IMG/VR virus record: IMGVR_UViG_3300017544_000005
Location: 1 to 38,657 of that record
Reading direction: 5' to 3' (one strand)
DNA: 38,657 nucleotides
DNA from: a virus
Taxonomy: Duplodnaviria; Caudoviricetes
Within the stretch, counting starts at the first letter, position 1. The number at the start of each line of letters is the position of its first letter. A program made the position numbers and the translations under genes. Below are positions 18,127 through 24,843 of the stretch, piece after piece. The notes under the pieces were generated by a model. It was not told the origin of the DNA. It searched no databases and was given only the letters and a program-made list of their open reading frames with translations.

Positions 18127-19242
18127 TTAGATTTTGAATGTCTTTGCTTCGGCAATCAGCCGTGTGACCGCTGCCAAAGCGGCAGCATCCGCATCGTCAT
18201 CAGGAGCCCCCTGATCAGACTTGAGGTAGAGCCGAGCGGCCCGCTCTGCCTCCGAATTCGAAAGACCAAGAAGACCCTTCAGGCCGTTCTCGAATTCGCG
18301 TTTTGTAATTTCTTCGCCGGAGGCCATCTTGTTGGCCAACAATTGCGCAGCTTCTGCCTTTGCGGCGTTGGACGCCTTTACGCGGCGAATGTAGTCCGGC
18401 TCGGTGTTCGCGCCCAGTCGGGCCAAGGTCTCGTCAAGTGTGGCAATACGGTCTGCCATACCCCGGTCGATCAGCGCCTCGGAGTAAAACACCCTGCCCT
18501 GACCAAATCCGTCTTCGACTTTGGATTTCGTGACGCCACGCCCATCGGCAACGCTCTGCAAAAACCGGCCATAGGAGCGGTTTACACTGTCCTGAATGTA
18601 GGCCAGCGTGTCCTTGCCGAGCGGTTCGGTTTCGTTGCCTTCGACCTTGTGCTTGCCTGCCGAAATGTAGGTGCGCTTGACGCCAGCCTTTTCCAATGCA
18701 GCAGAGATATCGTCGTGCGCCGTATAGACACCGATCGACCCTGCACGCCCAGACGGGGTAACGACGATTTCGTCGGCCGACGACGCGATCCAGTAGGCAG
18801 CGCTCGCAGCCAGCGAATTGACCTGCGCTATGATCGGCTTTTCACCGCCGCGCAGTTTGCGAATTTCCGTTGCGAGTTCGTCCGTGCCCGGTACCGAGCC
18901 GCCAGGACTATCAATATCAAGAACAACGGCCTTCACATCCTCGTTGGACAACGCCTTATGCAACTGGCGCTTTATGCCGGCATAGGACGTGCCGCCGCTC
19001 ATCGCGGAAAACAGGTCCATTCGGTCGGCCAATACGCCATAAACCGGGATCACTGCGACCTTGCCGTCAATTTCAGCGATTTCCTTCGCGCGAGCATCAG
19101 AAACAGCCGCTGCAAATTCAGGTGTGACGAGCTTTTCGCCCGCCACACGCGCCGCAAGAACATCAGCCAAAACGGCCAGTTTTTCGCGCTGAATCGCCCA
19201 CGGTTCGGCCTCGAAGGCCGTCAAAATGTGTTCGAATTTCAT
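18127..19242 (-). CDS. Prohead protease, S49 (SppA/ClpP-like)
   Basis: LDIDSPGG, AASAAYWIAS, GSIGV, ISAGKHK motifs. Confidence 0.93.
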   Translation of the reverse strand: MKFEHILTAFEAEPWAIQREKLAVLADVLAARVAGEKLVTPEFAAAVSDARAKEIAEIDGKVAVIPVYGVLADRMDLFSAMSGGTSYAGIKRQLHKALSNEDVKAVVLDIDSPGGSVPGTDELATEIRKLRGGEKPIIAQVNSLAASAAYWIASSADEIVVTPSGRAGSIGVYTAHDDISAALEKAGVKRTYISAGKHKVEGNETEPLGKDTLAYIQDSVNRSYGRFLQSVADGRGVTKSKVEDGFGQGRVFYSEALIDRGMADRIATLDETLARLGANTEPDYIRRVKASNAAKAEAAQLLANKMASGEEITKREFENGLKGLLGLSNSEAERAARLYLKSDQGAPDDDADAAALAAVTRLIAEAKTFKI

Positions 19243-19251
19243 GAATTTCCC

Positions 19252-20490
19252 TTATCCAGCGCTTGGCTGTACATCGTCCAGCGGAGGCCCGCCGTTGTGT
19301 CCGACCATGGACAGAGGCTGCATGGTGCCGTTGACGATCAATTCGTCGCCTCCGTCCATCTTGGGCTTGTTTTCGTAAGATCTGGCCTCGTTCGGCGTGT
19401 AAATGCCGTTCTGAACCATTTTCTGCAGGAACTCCGCCCGCGCCTGGCTATCGCCGCGCAGTAGGCCTTCCATGTTGAACTTTACGACGGTAGTTTTGCG
19501 GGTCTTCGCATCAAGCAAGTCTCGGTAGATCGCCGATTCAATACTTCTGAGCATGGGCGTGAGGCACGTCTTGGTGAACTGCAGGATCAATTGCTCGATC
19601 CCACTGCCCCAAGTCGTCGTGCCATTCGCGGCATGGCCAATCATGACAGGCGGCACACCGAAAATGCGACAAATCTGCTCGACGCTGTACTGCCTCGTCT
19701 CAAGCATCTGCGCATCTTTTGGATTGATAGTGATCTGCGACGGGGTTAGCCCCGCCTCCAGCACCGCGATTCCGCCTGCCTTGTCGGCGCCGGCGAAAGC
19801 CTGCAACGATTCAGCGATCTGCTTGCGCTGATCGGGCTTCAGAACCTGATCCGATGACAAGACGACCGAAGCCATCATGCCGTTTTTGAACATACGGCCA
19901 GACGTTTTTTCGCCAGCCATGGCGTTGCCGATCACATTGCGCTGCGCGGCAATAGGCGAAAGGCCACGATCACAGCCCGGCATGACCAATCCGCGGACAT
20001 GAAGCATGTCTTCTTCGCGGATTTTGCGAACGCCGCTCTTCTTGCCGTTTTTGTACTGTTCGGTGACTTCGTAGTAGCGGTTGTTCCTATCATCGCGCTT
20101 TACATCGACGCAAAGCGGATTGAACGGGTTCAGTGCTACCATCCGACCGCCGTTTTTCTTCTTTTCGGCGAAGAAATTGCCATCAAGGCAGAGGCAAAGG
20201 GCAGCCATACCCCAGAAATCAGACGCACTGTCATCCAGGTTCGGCAAGTCGTGCAGCAGTTCGTACAGCGGATTCTCACGATCGACGTCAACGCCATCGC
20301 CCTTGTAGACATTGCAGGGCAGCGTTTTCACGGCATTCGAAATCAGGTTCACGCACGCCCAGACAGCATCAAGCTGCATGGCGTGCTCATAAGTGACCGT
20401 CTCGCCGCTTGTCGTCGACATTCCAAAGAATGCGCGCCATGGGCCGGAAAGAAGCCCGAAAGGCTTCCCGACCCAAGTCAAAAGGCCCAT
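19252..20490 (-). CDS. Portal protein, HK97 family
   Basis: Start revised to ATG 20490 (MGLLTW, GGAG RBS); VWACVNLIS, GLSPI, DAQMLETR, ICRIFGVPP, LLRGD, TPNEAR. Confidence 0.95.
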   Translation of the reverse strand: MGLLTWVGKPFGLLSGPWRAFFGMSTTSGETVTYEHAMQLDAVWACVNLISNAVKTLPCNVYKGDGVDVDRENPLYELLHDLPNLDDSASDFWGMAALCLCLDGNFFAEKKKNGGRMVALNPFNPLCVDVKRDDRNNRYYEVTEQYKNGKKSGVRKIREEDMLHVRGLVMPGCDRGLSPIAAQRNVIGNAMAGEKTSGRMFKNGMMASVVLSSDQVLKPDQRKQIAESLQAFAGADKAGGIAVLEAGLTPSQITINPKDAQMLETRQYSVEQICRIFGVPPVMIGHAANGTTTWGSGIEQLILQFTKTCLTPMLRSIESAIYRDLLDAKTRKTTVVKFNMEGLLRGDSQARAEFLQKMVQNGIYTPNEARSYENKPKMDGGDELIVNGTMQPLSMVGHNGGPPLDDVQPSAG

Positions 20491-20498
20491 GGGCACTC

Positions 20499-22352
20499 CT
20501 ACCAGGTTATGGTGATCATGTTGTTGACGAAGTCGTCGATGTCGGCTGGTTCGATCGGTGTATCCATCGCCACACCAACTGCCATTGCCAAAGCGACTGC
20601 CGCGTCGATGCGCACTGACGCCTTTGTTTTGACGAACCACCGGTTGTCTTGCGGGTCGTGGTCGAAGGTAGCGCCCATCAAGGCAGTCATAAGGACGGGA
20701 TTGCGCCGCATCCGAATGCGGCCATCGATAATCATGTCTTCTAGCGCCAGAACCGAGCCCGGCATCCACAAGCCTTGCGGCGGCTGTAAGCCAGCAGCTT
20801 TTGCCGCTTCTACCTTTGCTGGCTCGGGACGTGCCCGAACCTTGCCGCCCTGCGGGTGTGCGACATGTTCAATGTCCAACCCGAGCGCTTCGACTTCCTC
20901 GCGGAACTTGTCGTAGGCATATCGGTCGTAGGCGATGGCCTTGATATCGAAAGCCTGATCGAGTTGCTGGACCCGCGAGGCAACGAAGTCATATCGAATT
21001 CGCTTGCCGGGCGGGGCATTCAACCAGCCCTGCTTTACCCAAAGCGAATACGGGGCCTTATCCGCCTGTTCTCGCGCTTCCAGCGTATCGGCTGGCGTCC
21101 AAGCCTCAACCCACGCATCAAACGTCGGCAGATTGACGGTAGATCCGTCTTCCCGCTCCATTTCCTTGAAGCCAGTAGGAACAACGCACGCAAGAACCGT
21201 CATGTCCTTGCTACCGGACAGGTCGACGCCCATGAAAACCGGTTTGTCAGCGTGTTCGGCTTCGGGATCGAAGTCATCCATTACGCTTTCAACGGTTTCG
21301 CGTGGCATCCATGCCTTGTCGGCATCGGTCCAGCAGCAGAAATGCAGCCGGAGAATGCCATTGAGCTTGCCCGGCATTTGCTTCGCCTGAGCAACAACAC
21401 CGGCAAGATATTCCTGAGTCAGGATAACGCCGAGAAGCGGATTGGCCTTCTTCCAGCAGGTTTCGTCCTTGAGCGGATCGTCGCCCTTGTCCAGCGCGCA
21501 GACGTAGGAAAACGTCGTGTCGTCGATCACCTCGCCGACATAGGTAAAATCCTCGTCCGGTGTTTGCGTGCCCGCTGCCACCTTGACGGCGTGCTCGTGC
21601 TCTTCCCAGCAAATGCTGTTTCGGTCGCTGCCCGAGTTCGTAATCATCAGCAGAAGAGGCTGACGGCGAAACTTGAAGCCGCGCTCAAGCATTTCCATCG
21701 TCGAGCGGTCGGGATGTTCGTGTACCTCGTCGCAAAGCGCAAAGTGCGGTCGCGGACCCGAGCCAGACTTGCCGGAATCCTTCGATATGGGGCGAAAAAA
21801 AGATTGCGACTTGTGATGCGCGATATTGAACTCGCGCCCAATACCTCCGCTGAACTTCAGTCGTTCGACCAGCGCCGGAGCCGCGCGAACCATTTTCACG
21901 GCGTCCTGAAACAGGATGCCGGCCTGTTCTTTCTTAGCGGCCGCAGCATAAATCTGGGCGCCAGCCTCCTTGTCAGCGATCAGCCCGTACAGACCGACAC
22001 CGCCAGCAAACGGCGACTTACCGTTGCCCTTGCCTTCCTCGATGTAGGCGCGACGAAAGCGGCGCGAACCGTCGGCCCGTTTCCAGCCGAAGAGCGACCC
22101 AAGCTTGAAAGCCTGTGAGGCATGCAGCTTGAACGGCTTGCCTTCAAACTGACCTTCAGAAAGCTTGAGACGCCCTTCAAAGAACCGAAACACGCGGTCG
22201 GCTGCGTCGTCATCCCAATACAGGCCGCGCTCGTGGCCGTGTTCGAGATCGTCGAAATGGCGGCGGCAGGCATTACGAACGTGAGGGCCGGCAACTTCTC
22301 TGCCATCAATGACAGCTTGCGCATAAGCGCTCACACGCTCAAGCGCAGGCAT
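20499..22352 (-). CDS. terL: Terminase large subunit
   Basis: Walker A GKGNGKS, Walker B LCDEVHEH, ITNSG coupling motif, nuclease GVDLS, RIDAAVAL. Exact start is uncertain (22352 or 22361). Confidence 0.96.
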   Translation of the reverse strand: MPALERVSAYAQAVIDGREVAGPHVRNACRRHFDDLEHGHERGLYWDDDAADRVFRFFEGRLKLSEGQFEGKPFKLHASQAFKLGSLFGWKRADGSRRFRRAYIEEGKGNGKSPFAGGVGLYGLIADKEAGAQIYAAAAKKEQAGILFQDAVKMVRAAPALVERLKFSGGIGREFNIAHHKSQSFFRPISKDSGKSGSGPRPHFALCDEVHEHPDRSTMEMLERGFKFRRQPLLLMITNSGSDRNSICWEEHEHAVKVAAGTQTPDEDFTYVGEVIDDTTFSYVCALDKGDDPLKDETCWKKANPLLGVILTQEYLAGVVAQAKQMPGKLNGILRLHFCCWTDADKAWMPRETVESVMDDFDPEAEHADKPVFMGVDLSGSKDMTVLACVVPTGFKEMEREDGSTVNLPTFDAWVEAWTPADTLEAREQADKAPYSLWVKQGWLNAPPGKRIRYDFVASRVQQLDQAFDIKAIAYDRYAYDKFREEVEALGLDIEHVAHPQGGKVRARPEPAKVEAAKAAGLQPPQGLWMPGSVLALEDMIIDGRIRMRRNPVLMTALMGATFDHDPQDNRWFVKTKASVRIDAAVALAMAVGVAMDTPIEPADIDDFVNNMITITW

Positions 22353-22353
22353 A

Positions 22354-22740
22354 TCAGTCAAGCAGATCATCCTTTTCCTCGCCCTCATCAGGCGTCGCGA
22401 CCTTGGACGCGTCAGCAGGCGTCGCACCCATCTGACCAAGCATCTGGCGCAGCAAATTCATCGCCTGCACACCAACTTCCTGCCCGGCCATGATGCGGCC
22501 CTGGATAGTCGAGGCCATACCGACCAGTGTACGATGCGATTCATTCAGCCACGGCAGCTCTTTCGCGAAAAGCTTCCACGCTGACTTCGCTTTGATCTCA
22601 GCGCTGTCCTTCAACCAGACGGGAGGAGCCCCAAGAGGGCCGTTTGCGGCCGGTTCGGCGCGGTTTTTGTACCGACCAGCATTGATTTTGTCGCGACCCT
22701 CGACCTTCGCTTTGCCGAGGGGATTTCTCGGCTTTGCCAT
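22354..22740 (-). CDS. terS: Terminase small subunit
   Basis: Immediately upstream of terL; PPVWL...AK.AW and MGATPADASKV (P27-like). Confidence 0.85.
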   Translation of the reverse strand: MAKPRNPLGKAKVEGRDKINAGRYKNRAEPAANGPLGAPPVWLKDSAEIKAKSAWKLFAKELPWLNESHRTLVGMASTIQGRIMAGQEVGVQAMNLLRQMLGQMGATPADASKVATPDEGEEKDDLLD

Positions 22741-22744
22741 GGAA

Positions 22745-22960
22745 TGAAATCCTTATGGGGTCATGTTTTGAATTGCAGATGCGTGCGCTGTCGGTCCCCG
22801 CCGGTCCGAGGCTGCCGCGTCTCTTGACTTTTTGACGCCCCCTGAGAGGGGTCGAGGGGGTGACCATCCATGATATCACATCGGTCGAGGGCCGTCAAGC
22901 AAAAAAGTAGAAAAAAGTGATGTTTTTCAACATTTTTTCGACCTTTCTTCATGCATCACT
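22745..22960. other. Putative cos / packaging initiation region
   Basis: Non-coding gap between the HNH gene and terS, as in HK97-like cos phages. Contains GGACCG-gcgg-GGACCG (minus strand, 22792-22807), GGTCGAGGG repeats and phased A/T tracts. The cut site cannot be determined from sequence alone. Confidence 0.55.
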
Positions 22961-23272
22961 TCAGCTGACCGGCCATCCGTCCGGTCCGAAACGAACGACG
23001 TCCTGCCCCAGCTCCTCGCGCTGTTTGATGCGGTCATGGCAGGATGCACAAAGGCTTTGGAGATTGTCGGGGTCGAAGAACAGCGCCTCATCACCTTTAT
23101 GTGGCCTGACGTGGTCACATACCGTGGCAGGCGTGACATCCTCTTGCTGTAGGCAGTAGGAACACAGTGGCGAGGCGTCTAAGTGGCGCTGCCGTAGCCG
23201 TGCCCACCGGGCCGTTTTATAAAGTTTTCTCCACAGCCTCGCTTCTGGCGATCTAACATCACCAGACCGCAT
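22961..23272 (-). CDS. HNH endonuclease, terminase-associated (HK97 gp74-like)
   Basis: Y...RW..LR, PLCSYC, DHVRPHKGD..LFFD..NLQSLCASCH; next to cos and terS. Confidence 0.9.
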   Translation of the reverse strand: MRSGDVRSPEARLWRKLYKTARWARLRQRHLDASPLCSYCLQQEDVTPATVCDHVRPHKGDEALFFDPDNLQSLCASCHDRIKQREELGQDVVRFGPDGWPVS

Positions 23273-23897
23273 GGCGCACCACATCGGACACGTGGGATTG
23301 AGAGATACCGAATTTGCGCGCTATCGATACTTGCACTTCACCAGCATCGTAATCTTCTCGTATCTTCTTTACAGATAGCCCAGACAGCTTTGTTGCTCTG
23401 GTGTTCTGCCCTTGCTCAGCATACGTTGCCCATCGACAATTGCCAGGCTCGTAGTTACCATCGTTATCTATACGGTCGATGGTTAACCCGTCCGGCTTCT
23501 CTCCCATATCTGCAACAAAGCAATCATAGCCCGATCTTTCGCCGTCGCCTTCAAGCCAACGGCGGCAAACTGATATACCCCTGCCGCCATAATCCTTGTA
23601 ATAAACTTGGCTTGGATATTTGCACCTGGCGATCATAGCACGATAACATCGGTACGTTGGCGACCATTTACCGCCAATCGTTTGTCCGTGCGTCTTTGAT
23701 CGCTCGCCTATTGCTTCGCGTGTACGGCACCCACAGCTATCCTGACCACCGTTCAGCTTAGATGTAGCTGTCGATCCAGTTTTCCCACAATCACAAACAT
23801 AGTTCCAATACGTGTTTTGGCCGCTACGATCGAAATTCTTTCCAGTAATAAGCAGTCGTCCGAATCGTTCGCCCGTCTTGTCCGATAATCTTCCCAT
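23259..23897 (-). CDS. Free-standing HNH homing endonuclease with C-terminal HTH
   Basis: GERFGRL, CDCG, SCGC, YGGRGISVC.RW, TIDRIDNDGNYEPGNCRWAT..Q..N, IARKFGISQSHVS. Start ATG 23897 with GGAG RBS. Confidence 0.88.
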   Translation of the reverse strand: MGRLSDKTGERFGRLLITGKNFDRSGQNTYWNYVCDCGKTGSTATSKLNGGQDSCGCRTREAIGERSKTHGQTIGGKWSPTYRCYRAMIARCKYPSQVYYKDYGGRGISVCRRWLEGDGERSGYDCFVADMGEKPDGLTIDRIDNDGNYEPGNCRWATYAEQGQNTRATKLSGLSVKKIREDYDAGEVQVSIARKFGISQSHVSDVVRHAVW

Positions 23898-23931
23898 GGC
23901 TTGACTCCATTGTTTGGGTTTGACCTCAAGT

Positions 23932-23963
23932 GAAAACAGCGGGGAGCCGTCGCTCACCCGCTG
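23932..23963 (-). terminator. Terminator-like bulged hairpin downstream of the tRNA cluster
   Basis: CAGCGGG-t-GAGC-gacg-GCTC-CCCGCTG followed by TTTTC. A second 10 bp hairpin lies at 23968-23998. Confidence 0.5.
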
Positions 23964-24013
23964 CCAAACATCTGCAAGAGGTCAAGAATTGCAGATGTCA
24001 TTCTGGTTTTGAT

Positions 24014-24089
24014 TGGTGCCCTAGCGAGGGATCGAACCCCGGACCATCCGCTTACAAGGCGGCTGCTCTACCATCTGAGCTACACGGGC
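24014..24089 (-). tRNA. tRNA-Thr(UGU), atypical (mismatched acceptor stem)
   Basis: 76 nt GCCCGTGTAGCTCAGATGGTAGAGC...CTTGTAA...GTTCGATC...CTAGGGC-A-CCA. Mismatches at 5:68 (G.A), 6:67 (T.T) and 27:43 (G.A). Confidence 0.8.
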
Positions 24090-24092
24090 AAT

Positions 24093-24147
24093 TGGTTGAC
24101 CTGCGACCGCAAAGGCGATCTCGCGGGCCAAGCCCTGGAACAGGTCG
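24093..24147 (-). ncRNA. 55 nt tRNA-like mini element ending in ACCA
   Basis: CGACCTG...CAGGTCA-A-CCA acceptor-like helix enclosing two hairpins; separated by 2-3 nt spacers from the tRNAs on each side. Confidence 0.45.
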
Positions 24148-24149
24148 AT

Positions 24150-24226
24150 TGGTTGCGGCAGGTCGGATTCGAACCGACGATCTTCTGGTTATGAGCCAGA
24201 CGAGATGACCACTTCTCCACTCCGCA
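24150..24226 (-). tRNA. tRNA-Met(CAU), initiator-like, with a 1 nt bulge in the acceptor stem
   Basis: TGCGGAGTGGAGAAGTGGTCATCTCGTCTGG-CTCATAA-CCAGAAGATCGTCGGTTCGAATCCGAC-CTGCCGCA-ACCA. The A11:U24 pair and overall sequence resemble tRNA-fMet. Confidence 0.82.
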
Positions 24227-24236
24227 TGAATTCAGA

Positions 24237-24803
24237 TGGCGGGGAGCAGCACCGAAATGCCCGGTTTATCTTCCGTTGCTCAACCCGCCGAACCAGCAGC
24301 CGGAGGAGAAACGGCGCTGGATTGAGAATGAACGGGCGCATATATTAACGTGGCAGCGTCCAAGCCACATCATATCGAAGCAACCAAAGACCGTGAGCCC
24401 AATCCGAAAGTCGGCATCACAATTCGTGCTGGCCCAATCGGAGTCGCCAGCCAAGTCTGCACGTCGCCATGCAGCTATCTTTGGTTGCTTTAGATGCAGC
24501 AAACGCACGACCCTGCAGTGGTCTTTTCAGCATCCGGGTTGCCATGGTTATCCCGACCACGATGTGCTCGCGCTCTGGTCCTGAAATGGGGCGCGGTAAG
24601 TCATCCGTATGGTGATGCTGCGTTTGCTGTAGGTGTTAACGGCCCATGGGTAACTGTGCTGCGCTAGCAGCGTCCATCGCCTGCCGTTAAGAGTTACCCG
24701 GTCATTCAGCGGTGGCGCCGTGCTAAAAGCCGTACCGCCACATAACGCCGGGTCCGTCGCCTCGCGCACGGAACAGTGCGGGGCAACCGCATAGCGGTTG
24801 AAC
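24237..24803. ncRNA. Large structured non-coding region (multi-domain RNA candidate)
   Basis: Nested 13 bp and 11 bp closing helices, many internal hairpins and an interleaved 8+8 bp pseudoknot; no convincing ORF. Confidence 0.55.
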
Positions 24804-24809
24804 CCCTTC

Positions 24810-24833
24810 ACTATACTCCGCACGAGATTGCAA
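24810..24833 (-). promoter_or_regulatory. Putative late promoter (-10 TATAGT, non-canonical -35)
   Basis: TATAGT at 24815-24810, just downstream of the putative regulator gene. TTGCAA is only 12 nt upstream, so it does not fit standard sigma70 spacing. Confidence 0.4.
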
Positions 24834-24843
24834 AAAGCGGCAG

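Noticed and set aside
16719-22118. Long plus-strand ORFs (460, 529, 305 and 420 aa) opposite the capsid, protease, portal and terminase genes
   Set aside because: They are antisense shadows caused by codon bias in GC-rich genes, with no motifs or convincing RBS.
19252-22439. ORF-track starts for portal (20769) and terL (22439), and similarly capsid, MTase and helicase
   Set aside because: These upstream extensions overlap neighbouring genes and lack RBSs; downstream starts with SD motifs or stop-start coupling were used instead.
24014-24226. tRNAs as the prophage attachment site
   Set aside because: They lie mid-genome between the regulator and packaging genes, with no integrase or duplicated 3' end in the window.
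24636-24699. HDV-like/theta ribozyme next to the tRNAs
   Set aside because: Connector lengths do not fit: there is no P3/L3 of the right size and no room for P1.1 or J4/2 with the catalytic C. It is kept only as an unassigned pseudoknot.
23930-24823. Short ORFs (61-102 aa) across the tRNA and structured region
   Set aside because: They overlap tRNAs and helices, lack RBSs and have no protein-like motifs.
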